Assembly (NCBI GenBank): GCA_963805995.1
Contig: CAWDWL010000007.1
Span: 544,931 to 608,930, forward strand
DNA: 64,000 nt
Source of the DNA: an uncultured Pseudomonadota bacterium
Lineage (GTDB): Bacteria > Desulfobacterota > Binatia > Binatales > Binataceae
Direction of reading: 5' to 3'
The notes beneath the pieces are model-generated. The model saw only the letters and a program-made list of their open reading frames with translations. It was not told where the DNA came from and ran no database searches. The position numbers and the translations under genes were made by a program. Positions 28,802 through 38,564 of the stretch are shown piece by piece (position 1 is the first letter of the stretch; the number at the start of each line of letters is the position of its first letter).

Positions 28802-29406
28802 CCATTCTCGGCCGAGGCGGCGGACGTCACGATCATCACGCGACGGCCGCAGGCCGCCCTGATTCTGCTCACCTGGCGGGGCGATGTGATGACGCCGTCA
28901 AGCGAGGCATCAGCCGCCAGACGCGCCATCCCGGCGATGCGATCCTCAGCCGACCCGGTTTCAGGCGCGCCCCACCCAGCATGTGCGGGCATGGGAGTAA
29001 GCATCGTGACCGCGCAGATATAAGGGCGGCGCAGTCCTTCGTGTTGGCAAATTTTATTAACTTCCTGACGGGTGCGTTCCATCATCTCGGTGCCATGGGC
29101 GCAATAAAGATCGAACATCTTCACGCCCAGCCGGGTCGCTTCAACGGCCGAGCGGCAGACACAATGCGGCGCGTCATGGAATTTCAGGTCGAGAAATACT
29201 TCGCCGCCGCGCTTGCGCACCTCCCGGATGAATTCAGGGCCGGAGTGCATGAACAGATGCTTGCCGACCTTGAACATGCCCACGGCCTTGACCAGATAAT
29301 CGACCATCGCCAGCGCTTCCTGGCGCGGGCAATGATCGAGTTCCACGATCAGGCGTTGCTTAAGGAGGCCTTGGCGCGAAAGCGAAAAAGGCCAATATTC
29401 AGCCAT
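28600..29406 (-). CDS. pyrF: Orotidine-5'-phosphate decarboxylase
   Basis: LIVELD (the catalytic Asp-x-Lys-x-x-Asp region) and FLDLKFHDAP motifs. GAGGTTGGG RBS upstream. Confidence 0.85.
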   Translation of the reverse strand: MAEYWPFSLSRQGLLKQRLIVELDHCPRQEALAMVDYLVKAVGMFKVGKHLFMHSGPEFIREVRKRGGEVFLDLKFHDAPHCVCRSAVEATRLGVKMFDLYCAHGTEMMERTRQEVNKICQHEGLRRPYICAVTMLTPMPAHAGWGAPETGSAEDRIAGMARLAADASLDGVITSPRQVSRIRAACGRRVMIVTSAASAENGWREKSDRVGPAQAVRSGADYLMVGKPLWNAADPLRMIREVLYEMDRGVRSAQRSSLALVSERPSIN

Positions 29407-29735
29407 GAGGACCCAACCTCAGGCGACCAGCCCGCCTTATCGGAAAAGATTTTCAAGACTCAATCCACCAGTAATTACCACGGCTTCGAATTGTCAAGCG
29501 TTTTTGTGCACTCATGGAGGATTGGCCGTCGAAATCGATAAGCGCGGTAGTCAGACCGCATGAGCGAGATAACGCGTTCGATCTGCATCAAAGCGCTCAT
29601 CAGGGATTTTGCCGGACAGACGAAACCCGGTTCGCCGCGCTCGCGTGGATGCGCGGCGAAAACACTGTCGATGCAGGCCGCGAGGAACGACGGCCTTGGA
29701 TTATCGGGTTACGGAGGTTGCCAGTTTGGACCGGA

Positions 29736-31016
29736 CTAACGCCGAAAAAGGCCCTCACCCATCGGCATGCCCAGCAGATGGCGGCGGATCCAGTCCAGCG
29801 CCACTTGCGAGGTGAGAGTCTTTATCCAGTCCCGGGTTCCCCACATCTTGTAGGTGCGCGACGCTTTGAAGCCGTCGGCAACCAGGGCGATGCACACTGT
29901 GCCCACCGGGCGCTCGGGCGTGCCGCCGCCGGGACCGGCGACACCCGAGGTCGCCACGCCGATATCGGCGCCGGTGACCTTACGCACACCGGCGGCCATC
30001 TCCAGCACGCATTGCTCGCTGACGGCGCCGTGCTGCTTGAGGGTTTCCTCGCTGACCCCGAGGAGCTTGACCTTCGAATCGTTGGAGTAGGTCACCAGGT
30101 CGGCGATGAAGTAGTTGGAACTTCCTGCCACGTTGGTGATGCGATGGCCGATCATGCCACCGGTGCAGGATTCCGCGACGCCGAGTTTGAGGTGGCGTTC
30201 CGTAAGCAGGCGCCCGACCACATCCTCCATAGTCACGTCGCCTTCGCCGTAAACATGCTCGGCAATCTTTTCGCGGACGCGGGCGCTGAGTTCGTCGAGT
30301 TTGGTCTGCGCCTCGGTGGGCGTACCCTCCACGGCAACGCGCAGGGAGATCTGCGGAAAGCTGGCGCGGAATGAGACCCGCGCCTCTTCGGGTTTGATCA
30401 GTCCGGCTACGGCCTGATCGAGGCCTGACTCGCTGATTCCATAGGTTTGGAAAGTCTGACTGACGTGGATCTTGTCGTGGCCGCGACTGTCAACCAGCCA
30501 GGGAATCACGATTTGCTCCATCATCGGTTTCATCTCGCGGGGGACGCCGGGCAGCACGATCAGATGTGAGGTGTGGGCCTTTTGCTCTACCGCCATCCGA
30601 AAACCGGGAGCCGTGCCCAAGGCGTTGAGAAGGATCGTGGCGCCTTCGGGGAACATCGCCTGCTTCAGATTGTTCTCGGGCATCTTACGGCCGCCCGACT
30701 CGAACAGGCGGCGCATCTTATCGGCGCTCTCGTTGTCAAACCACAGCTTCTTTCCCGTCAGCCGCGCTACCGTTTCGGTGGTCAGATCATCCGCCGTGGG
30801 TCCGATCCCTCCCGTCGAGATGACCACATCGGCCATTTCCATCGCGGTTTTCCAGGCCCATTCCAGGCGCTCGGGAACATCGCCCACAGTGAGGACGGCG
30901 GCCAGCGTAAGGCCGATCTCGTTGAGTTTGTCGGCGAGATAGTTGGCGTTGGTGTCGACCACCTTGCCGGTGGTGAGTTCATCGCCGGTGGAAAGAATGA
31001 CTGCTCGTTCGATCAT
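29736..31016 (-). CDS. cinA: CinA family protein (MoCF-biosynthesis-like domain + nicotinamide-nucleotide amidohydrolase PncC-like domain)
   Basis: The N-terminus ILSTGDELTTGKVVDTNANYLADKL and the C-terminal CinA domain (GVAESCTGGMIG). GGGAGAA RBS upstream. Confidence 0.85.
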   Translation of the reverse strand: MIERAVILSTGDELTTGKVVDTNANYLADKLNEIGLTLAAVLTVGDVPERLEWAWKTAMEMADVVISTGGIGPTADDLTTETVARLTGKKLWFDNESADKMRRLFESGGRKMPENNLKQAMFPEGATILLNALGTAPGFRMAVEQKAHTSHLIVLPGVPREMKPMMEQIVIPWLVDSRGHDKIHVSQTFQTYGISESGLDQAVAGLIKPEEARVSFRASFPQISLRVAVEGTPTEAQTKLDELSARVREKIAEHVYGEGDVTMEDVVGRLLTERHLKLGVAESCTGGMIGHRITNVAGSSNYFIADLVTYSNDSKVKLLGVSEETLKQHGAVSEQCVLEMAAGVRKVTGADIGVATSGVAGPGGGTPERPVGTVCIALVADGFKASRTYKMWGTRDWIKTLTSQVALDWIRRHLLGMPMGEGLFRR

Positions 31017-31027
31017 AAGTTCTCCCG

Positions 31028-31492
31028 TTAAACCAACAGATGCGCGACGAAGCGCAACGCGATATTGGCATAGACCGCCGCCGCCATATCGTCCAGCATC
31101 ACGCCCAGGCCCCCAGGCAGATTGCGATCGATGCGGTTTGCCGGAAACAATTTCACAATGTCGAACAATCTGAACAGGGCAAAACCGATCAACAGGTGGA
31201 CCCAGCCCAGGGGGTTGAGGAACATGGTCGCGATCATGCCCATTATTTCGTCCACCACTATATGCGAGCTGTCATGGCCGCCGAAAATGGCTTCTGCGCG
31301 GTTGGCGATCAGGCATCCCAAGGCGAAGGCTGCGGCCAGCACCAGGATCCCAATCCATAGATGCGCGTTAAGCCATCCCATCGTCGCCCAAGCCAGAATC
31401 AAACCGACCACCGAACCGGCGGTTCCCGGAGCGCCCGGGACAAAGCCGGTGTAGGCTCCGGTAGAAAAGAAAATGACGATCGCGCGCATCAT
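31028..31492 (-). CDS. pgpA: Phosphatidylglycerophosphatase A
   Basis: Small polytopic protein with GFVPGAPGTAGSVVG (PgpA GxGxxPxAPGTxGS) and a C-terminal ...DDMAAAVYANI. The start may be 31492, 31489, or the TTG at 31540. Confidence 0.75.
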   Translation of the reverse strand: MMRAIVIFFSTGAYTGFVPGAPGTAGSVVGLILAWATMGWLNAHLWIGILVLAAAFALGCLIANRAEAIFGGHDSSHIVVDEIMGMIATMFLNPLGWVHLLIGFALFRLFDIVKLFPANRIDRNLPGGLGVMLDDMAAAVYANIALRFVAHLLV

Positions 31493-31581
31493 GGAGTGGA
31501 CTGGCAAGCGACTATAGAAGCCGCACGCAAGCGCGGTCAAACGGCGGCAGGCAAGACTACGATTCCAGGAAAGGGGACGGC

Positions 31582-32412
31582 CTATTCCGCGCGCAGCGGC
31601 ATGGGCGGCTCGTCGACCTGCAGGTTTACGTGAATCACTCCCGGGACGCGCCGGACAATCGAACTGGCCAACTCATCCCAGGGCGGGACCAGCGCCGAGC
31701 TTTTGAGCATCACGACGCCTGCGCGGGTTTCGACGTCAATCGGGGCGTGACCCATCTTGGGATGCGCAAACAGGGCGGCGCGTACCTGGGCCACCAAACA
31801 AGCGTCCTTAAGGGCCTGGATCGAGGCCGCGTCGGCCTGTTCGTTAATCGATGTAGCGAGGTCCGCGATGGTCGAGACGAACCATGACACGGGCCGCGAC
31901 GCCGTATTGATAATCAGGTCGTAACGGCTGTGGTCCTCCAGATCAACTCCCAAGGAGTGCTGGATCCGGGCACGAACCTCCTGATCGTAATGGCGCACGC
32001 GGCGTTCAGCGGCGACGGCGCTGTCTAACTTTTCCTCGCGCATCACTTCGCGCACGCGGGCGGCCAGGGGCGCGATGGTTCTCAGACGCAGGGCGTGGCG
32101 GCTCTCGGGAGGCACTATGAATGGGATCGAACGTCCCACGACCACGACGTCGCAGCGGCTTATGTGTTTGAGGATTACGGCGCGGAAATAGGCGCCCAGC
32201 CGAGCGCTGTCGGTGGTCAAGCGCTCCCACCAACCCGGTTGACGCTCGTCGAACAGGCTGAATACTTCCGGCGTGATGTTATAATCACGCGCCAGCTCGG
32301 CGGCTATTTCGTCTGGGCCCAGCAGCGGGTACCGCAGTTTTGCGGCCACGAGACCCCCGAGTTCCATGCCGCGCGAGCCAATCTGCTGGGCAATCGCGAC
32401 TACCGCCATAGC
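31582..32412 (-). CDS. Cytidylate-kinase-like family protein (PF13189-like) with C-terminal BON-like domain
   Basis: The N-terminus [38 protein letters not shown] matches the PF13189 pattern. ATG at 32412 with AGGGGGA 9 nt upstream; the track's N-extension is rejected. Confidence 0.6.
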   Translation of the reverse strand, partial: AMAVVAIAQQIGSRGMELGGLVAAKLRYPLLGPDEIAAELARDYNITPEVFSLFDERQPGWWERLTTDSARLGAYFRAVILKHISRCDVVVVGRSIPFIVPPESRHALRLRTIAPLAARVREVMREEKLDSAVAAERRVRHYDQEVRARIQHSLGVDLEDHSRYDLIINTASRPVSWFVSTIADLATSINEQADAASIQALKDACLVAQVRAALFAHPKMGHAPIDVETRAGVVMLKSSALVPPWDELASSIVRRVPGVIHVNLQVDEPPMPLRAE

Positions 32413-32638
32413 GAATAGTCCCCCTGATAGATTTAATCCCCATGTAATCTTAAGACCATCCGCCCATGATCCGCAAATTAAATCTGACGCCGGGTTTTCG
32501 ATCGGACGCCGGCAGCTTGAATCCGTCCGCGGATTTTGTTTGCGTGGCAAGGCCGGCGCGCGGAGGATCAGACTTCACCTGCGCTATCGAGTTGGCGTTT
32601 ACTGGAACGCCGCAATCCACCGGCAAAGCGAGCAAGAG

Positions 32639-33763
32639 ATGGCCCAAAGGAAGAATCGGGGGCTGCTGACCGGAACGCAGATTAACCCCCAAGCGGTGAG
32701 CGGCGATATGACCGCGGCCGACCTGATCGACAACGCATTCCTGGCTTACAACGGGCGCCGTTTGCGCGAGGCGTGCCGGTTGTTTGTGGAAAAAATGCTC
32801 GATGACGACACCTTGGTGGGTATGAGCGTTACCGGCGCTTTGACTCCCGCCGGCTTGGGCATGTCGTGCCTGATTCCGCTCATCGAGCATGGTTTCGTGG
32901 ACTGGATGGTCTCCACCGGCGCCAATCTCTACCACGACACCCACTTCGGTCTGGGCCTCAAGATGTTTCAGGGCGACGCGGAAGCCGACGACGTCGCGTT
33001 GCGCGACGCCGGTGTGGTCCGCATCTACGACATTTTTTTCGATTACAAGGTGCTGCTTTCCACCGACGCGTTTTTCCGCGAGATCGCGCGCCAGGAGGAA
33101 TTTCAGCACTCGATGGGCAGCGCCGAGTTCCACTACCGGGCCGGCCGCTACGTCGCGCAACGCGAGCGCGTGCTCAAGCTTTCCCGCCGCTCTTTGCTCG
33201 CGTCGGCTTACCAACACGCGATGCCGATCTATACCTCATCGCCGGGCGATTCTTCGATCGGCATGAATCTGGCGTTGCTGGAGCTTGAGGGATACGCGCT
33301 GCGCGTGGATCCGTTGACCGACGTTAACGAAACGGCCGCCATCGTTTACGGCGCCAAGAGCCAGGGCATGAAGAGCGCGGTCTTTATTCTCGGCGGCGGC
33401 TCGCCCAAGAATTTCGTGCTGCAGACCGAGCCGCAGATCCAGGAAGTGATGGGCGTGGAGGAAAGCGGCCACGACTACTTTCTGCAGGTGACCGACGCGC
33501 GCCCCGATACCGGCGGCCTGTCGGGCGCGACCCCGTCCGAAGCGGTGAGCTGGGGCAAGATCGACCCCTCAAAGCTCCCCGACTCGGTGGTATGCTACGT
33601 CGATGCGACCGTCGCCCTGCCGCTGATAACCGCCTATGCAATGGCGCGCCGCAAAGCGCGCAAGCCGCGCCGTCTCTACGAGCAGCGCGAACGCCTGATG
33701 GCGGAGATTACCGCCGCCTACGAGGTGGTCCGCAAAAAGCGCCTGAAGAAGGGCCAATCGTGA
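32639..33763 (+). CDS. Deoxyhypusine synthase-like family protein
   Basis: The pattern ([39 protein letters not shown] ... [10 protein letters not shown]) is typical of bacterial DHS-like proteins. The internal ATG at 32639 is preferred. Confidence 0.65.
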   Translation: MAQRKNRGLLTGTQINPQAVSGDMTAADLIDNAFLAYNGRRLREACRLFVEKMLDDDTLVGMSVTGALTPAGLGMSCLIPLIEHGFVDWMVSTGANLYHDTHFGLGLKMFQGDAEADDVALRDAGVVRIYDIFFDYKVLLSTDAFFREIARQEEFQHSMGSAEFHYRAGRYVAQRERVLKLSRRSLLASAYQHAMPIYTSSPGDSSIGMNLALLELEGYALRVDPLTDVNETAAIVYGAKSQGMKSAVFILGGGSPKNFVLQTEPQIQEVMGVEESGHDYFLQVTDARPDTGGLSGATPSEAVSWGKIDPSKLPDSVVCYVDATVALPLITAYAMARRKARKPRRLYEQRERLMAEITAAYEVVRKKRLKKGQS

Positions 33764-33804
33764 CAAGAGGCTGCAACTGAGGGTTTTGATTAACCCTCGC
33801 ACAG

Positions 33805-34806
33805 CTAGGCTTTTTGAATTGACCAGTCGTAATGACCAGGACATCCGCCACTTAATGCGCGGAGGCGACGACTGAACCTGACCTTGAGGCGGCGCCGGCG
33901 CCTTGCCGCGAGCCCATCCAGGCCACAAAGGCGCTGAACTCCTGAAAGTCGATCCCATACGCGCGGCTGTGGAATGCCAACGATAGGGCGTCGTTTGCCG
34001 CAAAGGCTCAGCGCTCCGCCATGATCCTGAGCAGCCGGTCTGGGGAAGTCGGTGATAATGCCCGCGACCCCCAAGTCCAGCAGTTCGCGCATCTGGGCCT
34101 CTTCGTTGACCGTCCACACGTGCATCTCAAGTTCTCTGGCGCACGCGGCCGCCACGCTCGTGGGGGTGACCAGCAGCATCGACCCGTGTGAGGGAGGAAT
34201 CTGAATCGCGTCCGCGGGCGGATGATATCCTGACGCCGGTAGCGCCAAGGACCCAAAGAAGGCCAGAACCTCGCGGCCCGAAAAACTGGTGGGCAACTCC
34301 GGCGCAAGTGCCCGAATCTCGTCCAGTGGCTGTTGATGCTCGGACGCGATCAGCGCCCGCTGGCGAGTTCCGGTGGATGACAACGCCTGATTGAGCGACG
34401 CCGTCAGGCTCGGCTCGACCTGTTTGATCTCGATCACGAAAAAGGCGTCGCTAAATAGGCCCAGGACGTCGATCAGCCGGGGAACGCGGACACCCGCACC
34501 GCGGAATGGAAATCTGCCTTCGACCTCGAAGCGATAACCGGCATCGGCCCGTGCAATCTCGGCGTAGTATAGTTCGCGGATCGCATCGCTCAAGTCGGTG
34601 GTGCGCCGCAAGTCGGGGTCATGACAAACCACCAGCACGCCGTCGCGGCTGGCGTGAACGTCGAGTTCGAAATAGCGGATTCCTTCGCGATAAGCCGCGT
34701 TGAAGGCTTCCAGCGTGTTTTCCGGCCGGACGCCGGCGCCCCCGCGATGCGCGATCAGGCGAGGTCCGGGCGGCACAAAAAAATCGGTTTTCAACCCGGC
34801 TCGCAT
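33805..34806 (-). CDS. Glycerophosphodiester phosphodiesterase family protein
   Basis: The N-terminal GDPD signature LIAHRGGAGVRPENTLEAFNAAYREGIRYFELDVH...VCHD. AGGAGG 5 nt upstream of the ATG. Confidence 0.8.
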   Translation of the reverse strand: MRAGLKTDFFVPPGPRLIAHRGGAGVRPENTLEAFNAAYREGIRYFELDVHASRDGVLVVCHDPDLRRTTDLSDAIRELYYAEIARADAGYRFEVEGRFPFRGAGVRVPRLIDVLGLFSDAFFVIEIKQVEPSLTASLNQALSSTGTRQRALIASEHQQPLDEIRALAPELPTSFSGREVLAFFGSLALPASGYHPPADAIQIPPSHGSMLLVTPTSVAAACARELEMHVWTVNEEAQMRELLDLGVAGIITDFPRPAAQDHGGALSLCGKRRPIVGIPQPRVWDRLSGVQRLCGLDGLAARRRRRLKVRFSRRLRALSGGCPGHYDWSIQKA

Positions 34807-34920
34807 GCATGCCTCCTGCCTGGCGATCCGCCGTTCAGTATTCAGAGTCGCTGCCTGTTTCCGGCCCGGCGGGCCTGGCCGACTCGGCCTTAGCCGAGTT
34901 GAGAGTAGTCCTTGCAGGGC

Positions 34921-35067
34921 GCGGGAAAAAGGAGTTTCGTGCTCAACCCAGCGTTTGGTGGCTGCGCACCCTGCATGAAAGGTGGCCTCATTCCTACATC
35001 TTCTCTCCCCCTTGGGAGAGAAGAAGAGTGAGGGGGCAGGCCGAAGAAGCGGAAATCCTTTTTCCGC
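34921..35067. mobile_element. MITE-like element, family B, copy 2 (complete, about 147 bp): terminal inverted repeats GCGGGAAAAAGGAGTTTC ... GAAATCCTTTTTCCGC and a perfect palindrome TCTTCTCTCCCCCTTGGGAGAGAAGA
   Basis: Terminal inverted repeats and the palindrome read directly. It overlaps the 3' end of the M23 peptidase ORF. Confidence 0.6.
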
Positions 35068-35073
35068 AGCCCG

Positions 35074-36672
35074 CTAGAGCGAGGGGTCGCCCAACAAACC
35101 GCCTCGGATCAGATGGTTTAAAGGACTGTCATCGGAACCTTGGGCGGCTTGGCCTTCGCGCAGCAATCCACCTCTAACCAGGTGAATGGGGAGGCGATGG
35201 CGGGAGGAGCGATGCCGGGACCGCGATGATGGCTCAATGTCGGGTATCGCCGGCCGCTGGCTTTCCTCGGCGAGTCCGGCGGTCTCGGTCATGGAAGGAT
35301 CCTCCACCGCGGCTTGCGCGACGCCGCCCTGCGTAACCCCATGCAAACGGGCGAAGACTTTCTCAAACTCATTCTTGAACCGTTCAAACAGTGGACGCCG
35401 ATCGGTCGATATGTATCCGCCGCCTTCATCAAGGTTGGCGGTCAGCGGATCCACGAACTGACCGTCCTTGAACAAGGCGTAATGCAGATGCGGTCCGGTC
35501 GAAAGCCCGGTGCTGCCGACGTATCCAATGATTTGCCCGATCCTGACCGGAGCACCAGCCTTAACTTCCGGACTGATCGCGGACAGATGGGCGTAAACGC
35601 TGACCAAGGCGTTGTCGTGCTCGATCCGGATGCAGCGGCCCAGTTCCCCATCCCAGTTGGCGAATTGGACCTTGCCGTCGCTGACCGCCTGTACCGGAGT
35701 GCCATAGCGGGCGGCCAGGTCGATGCCGACGTGAGGACGGAAGCGATGCAGGATCGGATGATAGCGTGAGGGAGAAAAGCCCGAGGAAATATATAGGAAT
35801 TTTACTGGAAATCGCAGAAACTGCGGTTGCAGGGGCTTGCCCTGCTCGTCGTACAGATGTTCGCGGCCATGCTCGTCATGGAAGGAAAACGCGCTATAAC
35901 TGCGCTGGCCCCGTTGCAGCTTGCAAGCCTCCAGATTCTGATCGCGGTGATGGGCGCCGTCGGACGTGACCAATTCCTTGTACGCCAGCTTGAGCGTGCC
36001 CCCCGCTCCCAATTGCGGCATCCGCGTGGCGTACGCATCCTTGATTTGCTCCACCACGGCGCTGGGCAGATGCTTGCTGGCCGCGGCAATGTCGAGCCCT
36101 TGCGCCAGCGAAAGACTGAAGGCGACCGTTTGGGGCCGGTAGGTCAAGGTTTTCCGGGTGGAAAAAACCACGCCGTCTCCGATAGCTTTGGTCATTATTA
36201 CGGAGTCGTCATCGAGGTCGTACTCGAATGCCTCGACCCGGCCGGTCTCGGGATCTTTGTAGAGCGCCACCTGATGACCGGGGCGCAGGATCCCCCAATG
36301 AGCGGAAGAGCGAAAGGCCTGCGCCCAGGCGTTGCGTTCGGGCTCCTCGAGGCCGGCATCGCGCAGCAGTCCCGCGATGCTCACTGGGTGGTCGAGTTTG
36401 AAGCGCTCAATTGTCGGCTCCGGGGCCGGCTCGACGTTCGCTTCGGCTACGTAGTCGTAACAGGGAGCGGAGCGGCCAGCTTCCAAAGCCCGCAGCAGCT
36501 TGGTTTGTTGGGCTTGGGCCAGCGGACGGGTTGGGGTGGCCTTCACGGCAACCCGGTGATGCTGATTGAGATGCCCGAGCGCGCAGAGCGCACTCAACAC
36601 GCATACCAACGCGATGCAGACCAAAACCGGGAATCGGATTGGGCTGCGGGCGGATGCTTCTGGCCCGGTCAT
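35074..36672 (-). CDS. M23 family metallopeptidase (LytM-like) with N-terminal membrane anchor
   Basis: The M23 motifs HVGIDLAARYGTPV and ...GSTGLSTGPHLHYAL. The last about 10 codons run into the family B MITE. Confidence 0.8.
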   Translation of the reverse strand: MTGPEASARSPIRFPVLVCIALVCVLSALCALGHLNQHHRVAVKATPTRPLAQAQQTKLLRALEAGRSAPCYDYVAEANVEPAPEPTIERFKLDHPVSIAGLLRDAGLEEPERNAWAQAFRSSAHWGILRPGHQVALYKDPETGRVEAFEYDLDDDSVIMTKAIGDGVVFSTRKTLTYRPQTVAFSLSLAQGLDIAAASKHLPSAVVEQIKDAYATRMPQLGAGGTLKLAYKELVTSDGAHHRDQNLEACKLQRGQRSYSAFSFHDEHGREHLYDEQGKPLQPQFLRFPVKFLYISSGFSPSRYHPILHRFRPHVGIDLAARYGTPVQAVSDGKVQFANWDGELGRCIRIEHDNALVSVYAHLSAISPEVKAGAPVRIGQIIGYVGSTGLSTGPHLHYALFKDGQFVDPLTANLDEGGGYISTDRRPLFERFKNEFEKVFARLHGVTQGGVAQAAVEDPSMTETAGLAEESQRPAIPDIEPSSRSRHRSSRHRLPIHLVRGGLLREGQAAQGSDDSPLNHLIRGGLLGDPSL

Positions 36673-36800
36673 CGGACCCGATTGTGTCTGAAAAACAGAA
36701 GTGAAAGCAACCTTTTTTGGAAACTCTCGAAAATCGGAACGCTGTTTCTCAACAGACTTGTTGACACTGTCCTACCCCTGCTACCCTGTCCTTGATCAAG

Positions 36801-37289
36801 ATGAGCTTATTGGGGTTGGACCTGGGCAAGCGCCGGATCGGCGTCGCAATCGTGGATTCGCCGATATTGGGCGTCAGGCCGTTGGCTACCTTGGTCAGAA
36901 GTTCCCTGTCGCGCGACTTCGATGCGCTACGTGCCTTGGTCAACGATTGGCGGGTGAAGCGGATTATCTTGGGGTTGCCACTGAATATGAACGGTAGCGA
37001 GGGGCCGTCTGCGCGCCATGCGCGCGAGTTCGCGCATCAACTTGGCCAGGCACTGGAACTGCCGGTGGAGCTATACGACGAACGTCTGACCAGCTTCGAA
37101 GCGAAGTCCCGCCTGAAGGACAGCTCCCTCAGACGGGCTTCGCGCAAGCTTATGGTGGATCAGATAGCTGCGACTCTGATCCTCGAGGGCTGGCTTGCCG
37201 AACACGGCTCCGATCAGAATTCGTCTGTCGATATAGATGAGGCCGACGCGCCCCCAAAAATTGCGAAGTTGACCGGACGTGACCCATAA
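36801..37289 (+). CDS. ruvX: Holliday junction resolvase RuvX (YqgF)
   Basis: MSLLGLDLGKRRIGVAIVD is the RuvX N-terminus. Conserved ruvX-mltG synteny. I used the ATG at 36801; the track's TTG at 36792 is rejected. Confidence 0.85.
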   Translation: MSLLGLDLGKRRIGVAIVDSPILGVRPLATLVRSSLSRDFDALRALVNDWRVKRIILGLPLNMNGSEGPSARHAREFAHQLGQALELPVELYDERLTSFEAKSRLKDSSLRRASRKLMVDQIAATLILEGWLAEHGSDQNSSVDIDEADAPPKIAKLTGRDP

Positions 37290-37389
37290 CACCGCGCGGC
37301 CGCGAAGCGGCGGCATCCCCAATTGCGCATTGAGTTGGCCCGGGCAGGGTGTTGGGAAAGTATTGAAGGCGGAATGGGAACGATTGATC

Positions 37390-37490
37390 GAATCCAACAC
37401 CGGGTACAAGGGATGGCTGCTTTCCTTGGTCTTCTCTCCCGTTGGGAGGGACCAGAGTGAGGGAGCAGGTCGCGAAGTGTTGTTTTCGCG
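37390..37490. repeat. MITE-like element, family B, copy 3 (degenerate) in the ruvX-mltG intergenic region
   Basis: The core TCTTCTCTCCCGTTGGGAGGGACCAGAGTGAGGGAGCAGG...TTTTCGCGG is similar to copies 1 and 2. Confidence 0.45.
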
Positions 37491-37508
37491 GCTTGGCAGC
37501 ACAGGCGC

Positions 37509-38564
37509 ATGGGAAAAAGACTCACCGCCCTGATTTTCGTCGCGCTGGCCTTGAGCGGCGTGGCCTTTTACTCTCTTGTTCAGCCCGGACCGGCGCTCGA
37601 GGCGCCACGCTTGGTTGAGGTCAAGCGCGACGAGCATTTAAGAACGATCGCAAGAGATCTCGAGCGTGCGCAGGTGGTCCGCAGCGCGTTGGCTCTGCTA
37701 ACTTATGCCCGCTTAAGCGGCGCCGCCAATCGCCTGCAGCCGGGTGACTACAAATTTTCCGGTGGCGAGACTATCGCGGAGGTACTCGGCCACATCGTCA
37801 GAGGCGAGTCGATCGTAATCACGGTGGCGATCCCCGAGGGTTCCAGCGTGCGGCAAATCGCCCGGCGGCTGGAAACGGCGCGCCTGGTTTGCGACTGGAA
37901 GTTCGTGGAAACCGCGCGCCACTCCGCGTTACCCAAAGCACTGGGACTGGCGCCGCTCGGAGTGGAGGGCTATCTGTTTCCCGCCACCTACCGTTTCACT
38001 CCCACCGTGACCCCCGAAGAAGTTCTCGCCGCCATGCTTGAGCGATTCTTCACCCAGCTGACTCCCCAAGTCGAGCAGCGCGCCTTCGACATGGGGCTTA
38101 GCACCCGGGAGTTAGTTACATTGGCGTCGATGATCGAAAAGGAAGCGAAGGTGCCGGCGGAGCGTCCACTAATTGCGAGCGTTTTCTATAACCGGCTGCG
38201 GTTGCACATGCCGCTTCAATCGGACCCGACGGCGCAGTACAGCTTTGAAGGTGTTACCGGCCCGGCGGCGCAAGCGGTTCACACTCCCTCTTCGTTCAAT
38301 ACCTACGATTTCGCGGGGTTGCCGCCTGGACCGATTGCAAATCCGGGGTGGGACTCGATCCATGCGGCTCTTTATCCAGCCACAACCGGTTATCTATACT
38401 TTGTCGCGCGGAAAGATGGGTCGCATATATTTTCCCGGACGCTAAAGGAGCATGATCGCGCAATCGCAACTATCCGCAGGGACAGTCTCACGCCCGCAGG
38501 GAGCAGCCTGAGGGACTCCACCTCGCCGACGAGCAGGAATCAGAGTAGTGACCGACCCGCTTAA
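37509..38564 (+). CDS. mltG: Endolytic murein transglycosylase MltG (YceG)
   Basis: An N-terminal TM helix and the YceG-like domain (..LTIPEGSS..., YFVA..DGSH.F). Conserved position after ruvX. Confidence 0.85.
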   Translation: MGKRLTALIFVALALSGVAFYSLVQPGPALEAPRLVEVKRDEHLRTIARDLERAQVVRSALALLTYARLSGAANRLQPGDYKFSGGETIAEVLGHIVRGESIVITVAIPEGSSVRQIARRLETARLVCDWKFVETARHSALPKALGLAPLGVEGYLFPATYRFTPTVTPEEVLAAMLERFFTQLTPQVEQRAFDMGLSTRELVTLASMIEKEAKVPAERPLIASVFYNRLRLHMPLQSDPTAQYSFEGVTGPAAQAVHTPSSFNTYDFAGLPPGPIANPGWDSIHAALYPATTGYLYFVARKDGSHIFSRTLKEHDRAIATIRRDSLTPAGSSLRDSTSPTSRNQSSDRPA

